The notes beneath the pieces are model-generated. The model was not told where the DNA came from. It saw only the letters and a program-made list of their open reading frames with translations, and did not search any database. Source: Felis catus (lineage: Eukaryota). Taken from it: a DNA stretch of 64,000 nt. The position numbers and the translations under genes were made by a program. This document shows, one piece after another, positions 36,785 to 50,906 of this stretch (position 1 is the first letter of the stretch; each line of letters opens with the position of its first letter). The stretch is taken from contig NC_058368.1 in the NCBI RefSeq assembly GCF_018350175.1, positions 99,016,001-99,080,000 of the forward strand. The letters are read 5' to 3'.

Positions 36785-39700
36785 GGAACTGTGTTTTATA
36801 ATAAGGATTTAGATTTAAAAATCCATTCCTGCCTGTAAGATCACAATTTTGTAGGAAGGCATACACAAACTAATAATTTCCATGTAATCTGCTCTAATAG
36901 TTTTAGAAACTCTCCTGATGTCAAACTGTTGCTCACATATTTCAGTGTCTTACTTTCCATTGAGTGTTTTTTGGACAGCATAATTGCCTGGATTCTTTCT
37001 GCCATTTTCTTTCTCTGACTTTTGATCCCATGTTGGTTTTTGCACCTGATGTTTAGGTTATATTCTTATTTTACACACTTTTTTTGGAAGCCCTGCCTGA
37101 CTTTGGCTGACTGTCATTGGTTGTCCTTTGGGTATTCTCAGATTTAAACCATTTCTTCTAGTTTTGGTTTAAAACTGATTATAATTGACTCTTCACCTGG
37201 TGTTAAAGCTGAAGACAGAGTTATTTTATTTTTTACAAATACTTTTACAAAGTATTTAGGCATGTCAATACCCTGAATATTATAATAATCTGTAAAAGCA
37301 TGCATTTTAATTCCAGGAGTTTCTCTCTCAGGAAATATTTTATGCACTGTGTATTTCATGAAAATGCAGTGTTTTCTCTACTGAAAACTGTGCACCCTGA
37401 CTGCTGAACACAGTTTAAAAGCCATCAGGAGGATTGTAGGCTGAGAGAGGGTGCTTGGTTGTTAAGGCTTTATTGATTTTACAAGTTAAAGAATGACTGA
37501 CTCTTTTTTTCTCCCAAGGAATCCTATATTCTGTCTTTGTGCACACAGACTGTACCATAGAAAGGCAATAAAATGGGAGTGTCTGGCATAGTTAACACCA
37601 CCAGGAGCTTTAAGAAGTCTTTGGGGAATTATACTCCATGGAGGCTTCATAATACAGTGTTTAGACTGGCTGTCTAGACAGTAGGAAATGAAAATCTGGC
37701 AGCCTCAGCTACGTAATAGACTGTTTATGAATATTGAGTTATGGTGTAGTCATGAGCTGCTTAATGTGTACAAGGAGAGCTGAGATAAAGTTAGCTTGCA
37801 CCACATTTGCCATGGTGACTCATGCTACTGAAATCAGGACCCACAACTTCTGACTTTATCTAGTGCTCAGAAGGTTTTATTATGCCCGTATTTTCACATA
37901 ACATTGAATAATTTTGTTCAGAAACTCTTACTGTCATGAGACTTAAATAATCAAGTATGTTTGGTTTTTAAAGCCATGAAACATTTATTTTTTCTCCTTT
38001 TCATAACTGGACTTGAGATTAATTATCTAAATATATGTGGTATATTTTTCATTTGGGTTTCAGCAAATAATGACTTTTTATGTCTTTGTTTTGTGGAGTG
38101 ACTCACTTTAAAAGTCATTGACTCAGCTAATCAGTGTAGAGCTGTGTGAATATTTGAGATATGTTCTTAGATAAAGGAATGATTGCAAAATCATGTTTAT
38201 TCATTTTGCTTTTCGTTTGAGTTATTACTTCTATGAAAGAGTTGCTTTAACTTTTTAAATTCAAAGGAATTTAACCTAGGTCTATTATGGGGAACAAATA
38301 TTAAAAAATAAAATTTTATCAGTGAATAATCACCCTCTTGGCTGGTGGATTCTGAAGGGAGAAGTAATTTTTGGTAGTGTGACAGCTGTATGTTTATAAT
38401 AGAATTTTAGCTTTGTTCACCAAAGTGTTGGCTTCTCTTTAATTTCCTCTGCATAACAGACAATTTGTGTCACTTGCTCCTGAAGTATGTTTTTGTTGTC
38501 CCTTTTAACAGTATCATAGTTAAGATTATGAATTTACCGGATCATTGAGGAAACAATTTTCAGATTATTGACCACAACAAATGAACCAGAAACATTCAGA
38601 CTATGAAACCATTTGAGCCATATCACTGAATAGATTATTTGCCAGTTTGGTGTCTTAGCCACAAGAATGATGGATTGCTGACTAAGTTTTCAGGTTGCCA
38701 TGTAATTAACTTCATTTTCTTTGGGTAGCTTAAAACTAAATCAAAATCATCTAGTCAGGGGTCTTTGTAAGGTCTGACATTTGAAATGGTTATAGTAGAC
38801 TGATTAAGGATAATCTGATCCATATCCCCAAAAGTTGCCATTTTCCTGGTCGAAATTCACAAAGCTGGTTGAAGGGTTAAGATATGAGATGTGAACAGTA
38901 GTCCTATTAAATAAAAATGCTCTGATAACGGTAGTAAGTTTCACTATTTATTTTAGATGACCATTCATTCTTGGAATATTGCTATAAAATAATATTTACA
39001 TACTTTTTGCAGATGGAGAAAATAGTATTTTGTGGCAATTTTCACCTTTATCACCTCTCTGATGTGTTTCGATTCTTGTTCACCTGAGAGACAGGGAAGA
39101 CTCCATCGCTCCTGGCCATGACTCTTTGAGGGTTGTGAAAGGAAAAGTGCCCAGATTGGCTATCAGAGTCTCTGGCATGCAATTGAAGAAGCTCTCCAAA
39201 GATTGATATTTGTATCCTTGTGTCTGAAATTGAATAGCACTGTTTATTTCAATATTTAAGAGCCTACGATTCATCACTCATGGGGTTACCTTCAAACAGG
39301 TGATGTTAGGATTTACCTGTCCTTTATTCTAAGCAGAGTAGGTGGCTTAAAACATATTAATTAAAGAATGTTTAAAAGCGAATATTTCATCATCTTGTAA
39401 AACCTTACATAAAAATTAAAGTGAGAAGAAACTCCTACATTTAAAACAAAGTCTAATGGATTTCACTATTCATCCAAGTATATCAAGTGCCAACTGTGTC
39501 AGGCACAGATGGAATAAAAATAATTAAGTGCAGTCTTACTTTGCCTTTAGGAAGCTTGCTTGCATTATAGTAAGAAAGACAGATATGTAACTAACCATGT
39601 TACAGTGTGGTCGACTCTATACTTTTATAGATGAAGTAATATATTATTTGACACACAAATTGTCATATTTATTTTCCTAGCTATCTATAGCTAGTGAGAG

Positions 39701-39920
39701 GCAGGGTGGTAGAGAAACAGAAAGAGTCAGGAAGGTCCTCATAGAAGGAGCCCCATGAGGGTTTTTATATTTTCAGTCTTTGGGATTACATCTACACACT
39801 CAAGTAACTTGATGCTTTTGGGTGAATATGTAAACTACTTTGGTTCACACAGTCAATTTAGAGAAGCCATCATTGACTCTGATTAAACATTACAAATTCA
39901 TTCAAAAAGTATTTATGGCT

Positions 39921-40139
39921 GGGGCGCCTGGGTGGCTCAGTCAGTTAAGCGTCTGACTTTGGCTCAGTCGTGGTCTCGTGGTTTGTGGGTTTGAGCCTCA
40001 TGTTAGGCTCTGTGCTGACAGCTCAGAGCCTGGAGCCTGCTTCAGATGCTGTGTATCCCTCTCTGCACATACCCCACTCATATGCTGTCTCTCTGTTTCT
40101 CTCAAAAATAAATAAAATGTTAAAAAAACATAAAAAAAA
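39921..40139 (+). mobile_element. CAN-SINE (SINEC_Fc)
   Basis: ggggcgcctgggtggctcag head, core, A tail. Confidence 0.95.
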
Positions 40140-41642
40140 GTATGGGCAATATTTCGGATTAAGGACTACACCAGAGACTATACATGAATAAAAAACAAAG
40201 GAAGATTTTCAATGAAAGATGATAAATATAAAGATAGGTAGATGTGTGACTTTTTAAGGACATCCTACAGGGGTGAGTCCAGCCATAGTGGAATGTGTAT
40301 ATTAGGGCTTAGAAGGTTCATCAGCACATGGGCAGTGTAATGAAAACCCTAATCCTGGATAAAATCATGGAGCAAAGAATACAGACCAAGGGTATAGTTC
40401 TGGGATCCCAGATGAACACAGAAAACTGAAAAGATTTTGGCACTATGTATTCGGAAAGGTATAAAAATATCTTAGAAACTGTGGCCTTAGAGAATTTTGA
40501 TAGTAGGCCATTACAAAAATGAAATTCCAAAAATACTCTTTGCACTGGATAATATGGATGTCCATCATGACAAAAACCACCGGGTGACTAGAAAAGGGAA
40601 GGTGCCAGATTAATGAAACGAAGAGAAAATGAGACAAGCAGAGATGGGGGAAATGGACCACCATTTCAAGAAACATGGAGGAAACAGGGGCACAAGAAAT
40701 ATAGAGCCAGGTAGAGAAACGTAGCCAGAAATCCCAGAGTGGGAGAAAGATGAATTTTGTGCGTCTGGGGAAAGACATAGCTTAGATAGATGAAGAGGCA
40801 GCGAGAAGGATTGCTCTTCCTTATCAGACTTGCCACATGGTAAATGGCGTATCGTAGCTGGCTTATTTACTATATTTAGCAACTTCAAGAGAACACATAA
40901 CTTTTTTCGAATCTTCTCTCAGCAGTTGTTTTGTTAATTCTGTGGAGGACCCTAGTGTTGGGACTGGTTCTGTCTTTCCCAGAGTGGGAGGTCTTTGCGT
41001 GAGCTCTGAGAGAAAAACAAGACAAATGGCCTCTGGTTTCTCTTGCTTGGGGAGTTGTCTGCTGCTGTGGTTTATTCACCTGGGAATGCTGTTGAGGGCA
41101 GACACTTGTCCCCCAGCCCAGGGGAGGAGTGTGGTCAGGTGACTGGAGAGAGATGCTGCCTCTTCCTTAGCCTCCCCCAGAGAGAACACACACCACTAAC
41201 TCAGAAAGATGTTTACAGTATGTTTTGTTATTTGTAAGTGAACAGACATGTCTGCATCCCAAAGCTATAAAAAGAGGAAATTACCAGTTGGGACCTAAGG
41301 AACTCATTCCCATGCGCCTCAAAATGGGCTGGATATGGCAGAAGGACCACTGACAGTTTAGGCTCTTGGAGTGCGTGAGATAGTCCCTCTCACAACTTCA
41401 CAGTATCACTCCACTGTCCTCTAGTCTAGTTTTTCTGGTTACCCTTAAATTCTTTTCAGCCTCATCTCTGCTATCAAAAATCTCCTTCCTCACAAAACTC
41501 CACACATTCCTATTTCTTGAAGGAACTTGAGACCCTTCCTTTTCTTATATCCTGCAGACTCAGGTTTTCTTAAGCATAAACTTTGCTAAGGCTCTGCATA
41601 AAGTGCCTTTGTAATACACAAAGGTACTTCCCATCTAACTCA

Positions 41643-41829
41643 GAAGGAAGGAAGGAAGAAAGGAAGGAAAGAAGGGAGGGAGGGAAGGGAAAGGAAGGGG
41701 GGAGGGGAGAGGGAGGGAGAGGAAGGAAGGAAGAGAGTGAGGGAGGGAGGGAAGAGAAGGAAGGGAAAGGGAAGGGAACAGAAGGGAGGGGAGGGGTGTT
41801 GGGAGGGGAAGGAAGGAAGGGAGGGAGGG
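41643..41829. repeat. GA-rich polypurine tract (GGAA/GGGA)n
   Basis: ~185 bp, almost entirely purine. Confidence 0.95.
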
Positions 41830-44800
41830 CAAGCTTGTATACTGTTGCAAATTCTGATCCCATATGATTGCTCACTCAGTAGGTTGAGAAGTTTGAGCTC
41901 AGGAGTTTACTTGGTAATATATAGTTTGTGTGAAAAGTTGTCTCACATATAAAACCTTTTTTTAAAATGGTTTGAACATACACATTGGATCTTTAAAGAT
42001 CAGGCGAAGCTTCTACAAAGTACTCCCTCTCCCTAGCTGGCTGTGCATCTTCCCTGTCAATCTCCTCAAAGTAAGGGCACGCATTTCAGGTTTGGGAGAG
42101 AAGAGCCACTTCAGAGTTCATAGAGAGTATGGCAGGGGCAGGGGGAGCACTCACTCCCATACACAGGTGTGCTGAGGTGTGTGTGCACATTGTCTTCTGG
42201 ACTGTGTTTGTGGCTGCTTGTGCAGATCCCGGATATGTGTAGGCAGCGTCCCTCCCCTTCCAGCTCTAGGCTTCATCAGGGAGATTCAGAAGCTTTGCAC
42301 CTGTCTGTCCGCTGATAACTTTGAGTCCGTACAGTTATGTGACTGTAATGTATATAAATGATGCCCTTAACTTTGACATCATTATGCAATATACATGTCA
42401 AAAAAAAAAGTCACTTTGCAGGGAACAAGTGGAGATGGGATCCCAGGGGTGGGAGGGGTGTCCACACATGGAGGCTCTACTTCTAGTCCCCGCTTTCCAC
42501 CAGTATGATCTGCAATCGCTCCTCTCTCAAAATATCTTTGTAATACCTATGCCTTTTTCTTCTTTAAAAAAATACAGCACCATATCATACTTTTTGAAAA
42601 ATAAAAATGCTTTCTATTTTTATAGCTTTTATTCTACTTATTGATGAAAAATCCTCTGACTTTTGTGCTAAGGACCATTTTGATTCGTTCTGAAGCCCTA
42701 AGATTGCTTTTATTATAAAGTGCCACAACATAAGCATTGAATGGCTCTGTTTGAGCCATCTGAGAAGAATGGTTCCTCAAACCCCATTCTTCCCTATATT
42801 TTAACAGGGAAGAGGGGTTAGTCCAACCAGTTTCAAGCAGATCTTTGTAATCTGCAGGTTAAAAAAAAAAAAAAAAATCAAACAAAACGACCAGCTTCAC
42901 AGGCAGAGGCTTAATGCCAAGATGTATTGCATGCTTTCTAGATCCAAGCTTGGTGTTCTGTGTCAAGATGGCCTTTGCTGCTACTGCTCCCAGGGGCATA
43001 GAGCACAGAGATTATTGATAATCTGGAAATCCAGTTAATGGAGTTTTAACTAAGTGGAACTAAGCAGTGTATACAATACCTTCCTTGATACAAATTTTAA
43101 TTAAAAATCAGACTGTATTTGTTCTGTATTGCTCTGCCACTATGATGAGTGGAGACAGAGCTACTATTATGACTGGTGAGGTTAATTATGGGGTGTGGCC
43201 ATGGGGGAGGTTTGAAATGGCCTTCTTCCTAAAAGCTAGGTAACAGGATTCCAGGGGCTCTTCCACATAACTACAATTAGCTCCTGGGACCCAGAATTGG
43301 CTACCAGGACCCACACATGAAAATAAGTCTTCCTACACTCTAACGAGGTCACCGCTGTCAGACAGGGGGCTTAAAGACTTCTGTGTATGTTATTAAGGAT
43401 CAGTAGATTGGTGCTCCTATGACCCCCACTTCACTCCAGCATGTAGGAGGAGGAGGGGGCTTGATTTGCAGGGGAAAGGACCTGGGGAAAGATTCTTGAG
43501 TCTGTGCACTGGGTAGGATTCTTGCTGAGAGACTCTTTCTCCAATGAGTAGAAGAGGAGGTGATTCATTCCCCTCCTTGAAGCCAATTGGAAAATAGAAC
43601 ATTAGGAAAACTTGTTCTAAACATTTAGGGACTTCTGAAAGAAGGGGAAATTAGGATGTGATTTTTCTTGGCGAATCTGCTTATATTTGTCCCAGTTCCA
43701 TGGACAACCAAGAAAAGAGGGTGGGGGGAGATGGAGGAGGGGTTGGTTGTGATGCAGGCTTAGTTTCCCTAGGCAGCAGGCATAAAGAAATAGCTCAGAT
43801 GGGTCTTAGTGCCCCCCATCCATTCTGCTCGCTGGAGACAGAACCCCAGAAGTAAAGGGGCTATATGTGAACAGCTACAAATGGAAGAGTTGAAGCTAGA
43901 TCCACATTACCCACATCAAGAAATTTTTTGGATCTGAGATCCTGTAGTGCATTTCAGAGAAGCCATCCGTGCTCTCCATGAGCAGTGGTCTGAAACCAAG
44001 TAAACAGACTGTGGTCCTTTATAATCTTTCTGGTTCTCCACCACCCAGAAGAGCAAGCGTCTGTGAAAGGGAGCATGAATGTTGGGAAGGAAAGAGCTTT
44101 TCCTCGGATATGAGATTGGACGTTTTAAACAGATTATACAGTGCTTTGTAACCTAACATAACTAGGAAGAGCTTGGGCTCAGAATCCCAAGGAAGAATGG
44201 GGGTATTTTTCAGTAAGATCCAAAAGCAAAGTTTAAGGAAGAATATGGAAACTTTATCCATTTTATGCAAAGAATTGAGACTGTCTAGCAGTCTAGCAGT
44301 GATCTGAACACCTCAGGTTTGGGAACTTTTAATGACTACAGTAGAAATTGTTCCTTTACTTTAAATAGTGAAGAAATCATAATGCCCTGTCCACTCTCTG
44401 AAACACACCTCATTATGTTAATAGAGAAACTGCCAAAAGAGTTTCTTCTCTATTCTACTTATGTCTGTACACATGAAGTGCTCTGCATGGAAATACATGA
44501 TGTGATTCAGATTGGGATCCTAATGTCCATAGTTCTTTAGCTTGGCAGGCTCAGCGAAGTTAGGGTATGTCGTGAGACGCTATTGAATCATTGGTACCAT
44601 ATCGTTCTTTGTGAACTGGGGTGTATCTTCCCCAAATCCTTTATACGTGGACCAAAAGCCTGTCTACCTCCTTAGGGAACTCATGTAAACCAATTCTTTT
44701 ATTTGAATATCCTTATTAAACAATGGGAGACCCAGAAGGCTTTACATACCCCTGTCTCTGGATTGGGGTGGAGTGGAAGGGAGGAAGTCTATGAGGGCTA

Positions 44801-46438
44801 ACCATTCTGGGCATAGCCTGTGGAAGCCCACTTTTCGCAGCCATTTAAAAGTATGGTCTAAATATAAGTTTGAACAAAGATTGATGATGTTCTGGTTTCC
44901 TTCAGGATTTTAGATCCTCCACAGTTATTCACGGGAGCCAAGAATGTCTTAGGGCTTCCAGCACATGGTTTATTGAGTGTCATTGGGGATCCTATAGTGG
45001 ATAGGTATATTATTCCTCATCATACCCCTGATTTGTAAGTCACCAGGGTTCTCGCATGACTCCAAATAGGTAAGTATTACTAAAGGTCTTGGGGAGTCTT
45101 CTCTGTTTAAAATGGAATGGCTTGTCATTTTTACTTTTACAGATAATGCTTTTCTAAAAATATTGAAATTAAATGACCCAGGGTAATTCAGTCTGTACCT
45201 TCAAAATGGGCAGGTACACAGTATACATTCTGGAGCTAAGTTTACCTGCTTCACATCAGATTGGATTTCAGGATACATGCCTCAAGGCTTATTAGCTTCA
45301 CAAACATATTTCCACTGATGATCTAAGATACTTATTGTGTGTGAAGCTGCAAATATATCTAGGTCTTAACAGCTTTTAGGAGGCCAGAAAAAAAATTATG
45401 TACCTTTTCCAAAAGGCTTAGAATCTGAAGAACACAACTGAGATTAATTCACATAAGAAGTAGAGGGGCGGGGATGTAAATGTCTGTTCCTGATAGATTT
45501 ATTGAGCAGTGGATTTATAGAAAAAGTCAGTCATTGAATGTTGTCAGAAAAGGATCTTGTTGCCTTAGGGATTTCTATGCATGTTTTTAGTGTAGAATTC
45601 AGTGGAGATAAAATGCAAAGGCTTTTATTCTTTTATTCTTTTAATGTAGAACATAAAATAATCCAAGGCACCGTGTATAAGGAGAATCTGATGGCTGAGG
45701 TTGTCAGGCCTGCAGAGGTCAGCGTCCATATAATGTAGGCAGCACTTGGTAACGTGATGTCAAAGATCAAAATGCACCGTGTATAATGTGTTCAGACAGT
45801 TCTAATTAAAATCACGTTTTGATTGTCATTTGAAGGACAAGAGAATACACGAATCGACTTTTGCCCGTATGTTTTAATCATGGAACCAATCCAATTATTG
45901 CTCTTTAATTGAGGAGGATCAAAAGGAAGACTTGCAGTTGCTATGTGTAGTTTTTGTTTAATTTTCCTTTTTTTCCCCTCTGCAAGACTATGGGATGCGA
46001 GTTTAGGATATTTCATCTTTTTATACTGCTGTTCTTAACTATTACTTAAAATATTGCATTCAGCCTATTTCCTGGAGGTGCTATGCAAAGCAAACTCCAT
46101 CTAGTCTGTTGTACAAAATACCCAGACTTGTAGGAGTTAATCACCTAAAAACCTGGAAGGCTCTATTTGTATATTTTGGTAAATGCATAACATTTCAGGC
46201 ACTTAGAGGTTGCTCCCTTTGCTTGAAACTAAATTTTTATTTACATCTGGAAGGTTCTTTATCATGCTTTGATCTGAAGGAGCCCATGGACTCTCTGTGT
46301 CAGGATCCTTTGTATAATTTTTAATATGTATACATTTAACTGAATCCCCAAAGTGCCTTTTTACCATCTACTTTCTTGATATTGATGGCCCCACATAATA
46401 AGTCAGGCACTGAATTTATTCTACCACCAAATGAAGTG

Positions 46439-46597
46439 TTTCCTTTCCTTTCCTTTCCTTTCCTTTCCTTTCCTTTCCTTTCCTTTCCTTTCCTTTCCTT
46501 TCCTTTCCTTTCCTTTCCTCCTTTCTTTTCTTTTTTCTTTTCTTTTCTTTCCTTTTTTCTTTTGTTTTCTCTTTCTTTTCTTTCTTTCTCTTTCTTT

Positions 46598-46628
<31 letters not shown>

Positions 46629-46641
46629 TTTCTTTCTTTCT

Positions 46642-46681
<40 letters not shown>

Positions 46682-46684
46682 TCA
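46439..46684. repeat. (TTTCC)n followed by (TTTC)n polypyrimidine tract
   Basis: ~245 bp, almost entirely pyrimidine. Confidence 0.97.
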
Positions 46685-47836
46685 ATTCTTTTCACAACTG
46701 TCAAACTCCAAGAAAGCTGGCTGAGCAAGTGGCAGAAAACTGTATGGTATAATGATGTATAAATCATATCAGTTGATACTTTCCTTTTCTGTTGTTATTA
46801 TTTTTCTTCCTTATTCCTTCTGGACTGGGACTCAGTGCAGGTAGTAATTCCCAATCTTAAACTCCTGCTTCTCCTCTTATCTCCTCTCACAGGGGACCTG
46901 TTAACCAAAATATGAACATATGGATGAGAGGCAGTGAGATAGCATAAGACACTAACTCTCTTGTTAGAAAGTGGCAAACATAAATATTTTAGCATATACC
47001 ATTTTAAAATGTCCCGTCTACTATAATTTTCTTCACTTTTTGCATTTATGCTTTTCTTCACTTTTCTTTAATGCCAAACTTTTCAGAAGGTTTTGGGGAA
47101 AACTTTTACTAGTGTCTGGATAACCTAAGTAAAGAGTTTATTCACTGTATCTTCTAATATGATGCTTTCCTATTTCATAAAGTGCATTGCCTTTTATTAT
47201 TTTATAGGGAATACTTGATGTGTTACACATAAATTTTACCCAAACGGACCTTTGTCATTAAATGTTTAATACTTAAAAAAAAAATAAATTGATGACATTT
47301 GGACTTTTCGATCATTCACTGAGTCACATCCATGTATTTATTGGGCGTGAGCATGTGAGCCAGAATCTGCTTAGATTTGGAAGGGATACAAGGACGACTC
47401 AGTGGCGTTTACCCTCAAGAGTACATAGTCTAATGGCAGGTGGCAGTGGCACATGCAGTTACTTTACAGTGGGATCAGTATTATAATGAAATTAAGCAAC
47501 ACACTTGATAGAATTAAGAAAAGAAAAGAGAGCATCTGGGGGGTGAGCTCAGATAAAATATAGGAATTTTCTGGGAGAAGAAAGAAATGGGACACCCTGA
47601 AAGAAAGGCAGTATGGAAAACACCTAGAAGTACTTAGTTTATGGATATTAACTTAGAATTGGTTTGGATCATCTCATCATTAACTCACTTTCTCAAAACA
47701 AAATACTTGGGTGATTCCCACCTTGAGTTGAAAGGGGAGATGACAGGAGGTATTTCTAGAAAGACGAATACATGTATATATAAGCTGACTTGGCACCCAT
47801 CATGTCCTAAGTGCTTCTCGTGTTTTGTCTCTCTCT

Positions 47837-47869
47837 TTTGTTAGATTTTTTAAAAATGTTCTGTTTATT

Positions 47870-47903
<34 letters not shown>

Positions 47904-48070
47904 TGCAAGATGGGGAGGGGCAGAGAGAGAGGGAGACACAGGATCTGAAGCAGGCTTCAGTCTCTGAGTTGTCAGCACAGAGCCTGACGCGGGGCTCGAA
48001 CTCACGAACCGTGAGACCATGACCTGAGCCGAAGTCGAACATTTAACCGACTGAGCCACCCAGGTGTCCC
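47837..48070 (-). mobile_element. CAN-SINE
   Basis: (GA)n tract and core; TSD gttttgtctct. Confidence 0.95.
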
Positions 48071-50070
48071 AAGTTTTGTCTCTTTTATTCTTCACTACAG
48101 CAGTATCTCTACATTAGCTGTTTGTATACCACTTCCACAGATAAAGGAATGAATTTAAGGGATTAAATTCAATAAGTACTCACTGATTAACAGCCATTCC
48201 TTAAGCATTTGCTAACTCTTCTCACACAGTTTCTACCATACCAACAAAGGGCATTGATTTCTAGGGTAAAGAATTTCGGCTTTGTCCTCAAGTAAGTGGA
48301 AAGCAAATGTTAGTGTGATTAGATCTTAGATGGAGAAAGAAATTGTAACAGCCAGCTCTCTGGATAATGGTGCTGAAACTGATAGGGATTAACAGATAAA
48401 AGGTCCTTCTAATACATATGGCAGAAGATAATAATGGTCTTAAACAGCACAGAGCATGTGACTGTCTGCACAGAGTGGGATGGAAAGATAGGAGGTACAT
48501 TTAAAAGAAAGCAAGTCAGGAAGGGAAATCTTTCATGTAGTGAGTACCTTTTATGTGTCAGATACTTTATGTATATCTGTACATTGGGTCGCTTGAATCC
48601 CGAGAGTAAAGCCTATTCCTTTATTTGCTCAATCAAGAAATGTTTGTGATACATTGTAAGGAGCAGGAGATACAAGAGTGTATTAAAACATAGTCTGTAC
48701 GGTCAAGGAATGTATACTCTGATGTAGGGTATTGTTATGTCTGTCTTTCAAATGTGTAAAGATCAAATCAGAGAGATTATCGCCTCCAAATTCATATAAC
48801 GTCTTAGCCTTACGTTGGCACATCTGTCTTCTGACCCCCTTTCTCACATCTGTACTGAGGGAGTCCAGCATCTCTACTCATTTCTGGTAGGTCAACATTG
48901 TATACAGCTTTAAGGGTTCATGCCAGCAGACAGTTAGGACTCATTCCAGATGTCAGAACACTCAATGTCAGTTTGTGAGTGGGCTCAAGATACATTCTTC
49001 CTTGTCCAACTTGATATATATTCTGCTTCATGTTCTAGTCCAGCTCTGTAAGATCCACTTGTATGTGCATCCCCCTGGTGCCTACCCATGTGACTTAGAC
49101 AAGTACTCATATTTCTTTGGCATATGAGCTATTTTTGCCTGGAGAAGGGGCTTTATTTTACCACTTGAGCCGTCCAAAGACGTGACACTATCTTCATAGA
49201 GGCAATGGGGAGAACTGGGGCAGATCTGGAAGAAAACACATATTGTCATCAGATGCATCAGCTTCATCTGAAGTCATTGCATGAGTTCCAGTCAGGAACG
49301 TGTTGCCCAGCGGGTCAATAGGCTACTCCTAGTCATGCATCAGATTCAGAGAATTTGGGGATTCAAGATTCTCATGCTTTTCTAACAAATACCCCCATAT
49401 TAGATTTCTTAGTTTTCTCCTTTTTCTATCAAGGATCTGAATTTGACAAATTGCTTGTTGAAATTGTACATTCAGGCCTGTCTGTAATTCTTTGGTGACT
49501 GTCATAGTATATTGGGCTGATTTTCAGTACATTTAACATGTCAAGAGATGGGAGTCTCTTTACAAAGATGGAGGAGAGACCCTCTGGCTTTCAGATTGTA
49601 CCTTAAGTTAGCAGATGACTGCTGTGAGCCTTTTTTGTTCCCCACCCCCAATATTTCCAATTCTATTAATAGAAACCAGCTTATCCCATAATTCTTAAAA
49701 TTGGTGATAATCTTTATAATGATAAAGCCACTACTTGTAGGATATAATCATGGCTCCAGTAATGGGATCCATTGTTGTCAGCCTGCGAGTAAATGAACCT
49801 CGACTTGGCTTAGTCATGTCTATCAATTATTGAACCTTCACCTCTAAATCAAGTGTGTGGAAAGGAGGAGAAGAGTGATGGTGTGATTTGGGAATTCTGT
49901 TTGGTTGGTATTTGATTCTTGGCTTTTACACCGGCATAGCTTTGAAAGCATCAGGATGCTCTGGAGAAACTTAAAACCTTCCAATTCATAACAGGTCCAG
50001 GTTCTATAGACTATTTACTTCTGTACTGTATGACCTACTCATGTACTATGAAACATTACATGGTTTATAT

Positions 50071-50219
50071 GAAAGGAAACTGGATCTACAACATAAAATA
50101 TTTTGAAGAGTGACAGTTAAATGGGGACTGAAAAGCATTCTCCTAATATTTCAGTTTATAACATCTGCCTAAGAAGGCCAGAAGTAGTTTGGATATACAA
50201 CAGATGCTAGTGAGAAGTA
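50071..50219 (+). repeat. Dispersed direct repeat, copy 1 (~150 bp)
   Basis: acaacataaaatatt...gactgaaaagca...tatttcagtttat...aagaaggcca...acagatgctagtgagaagta recurs at 50907-51060. Confidence 0.9.
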
Positions 50220-50906
50220 CACTGTTCCCCTCTCCTAGCTCTTGTGTCTTCTTGCCCATTCTTTAGTATCTCTGTTGGAATGCTTGTGGTTTCATGTCTC
50301 TGTGCCTCTCAGTTCATTCCTAGTGGCCCGTGACAGGAACCAGAGTCCACAGTGGAGGACATATTGAGCCCCATCTGCACCAAAACGAATCTCATTATCT
50401 GGAAAGAAATGGCTTGAAGGCAGCTGTGGTAACTCTGAAAGCTCTACATATACCTCACTTTTCTTCCAGGGAGAGACAGGAAAGCTGTGCCACACAAGCC
50501 AAGGAAGAGGGTGTTCAACCCAAATTGGACCCTTTACCTAAGTTGAAATCCCTCGAGAATCCCCAAAGGGTTGCTCCTGAGTCTGGTCAGTTTTTGGCAA
50601 AATTGCACAGAAACAACCTAAGATATTTCTCCACTTACTTTACTTTCATTTGTTCTCCCCATCACTCACCTCTTGGCTCTGTGATTTATGACTGATATTC
50701 TCTGGTTCTTTCGAATTAGGCCTTGCCCAGCAGGTGAAGCTCAGTTCTTGGCTCTGATATTTCCATTCTCTACTCATGGCTTCAGTCCTGACCTTCTGGT
50801 TCTTCTCAGGTGATAACTGATTACTTGAGTCCTCAACTGGCAGAACCCAAGGTCACTCATTCACTCAGTCAGCATCTGGCTCCATCACCCAGCATTCAGC
50901 AGGGTA

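Noticed and set aside
39080..39277. 65-aa minus-strand ORF ending at a CAG|GTGAA donor-like site
   Set aside because: Non-ATG start in the track, weak acceptor and no recognisable homology
41570..41952. Overlapping P/S-rich and G/R/E-rich ORFs
   Set aside because: Translation of the GA-rich simple repeat
46336..46767. Long ORFs on both strands (143, 128, 97 and 89 aa; K/E/R-rich or F/S/L-rich)
   Set aside because: Translation of the (TTTCC)n/(TTTC)n microsatellite, which has no stop codons
50330..50695. 121-aa ORF between the direct repeats
   Set aside because: GTG start, no recognisable gag/pol/transposase motif, no supporting splice sites
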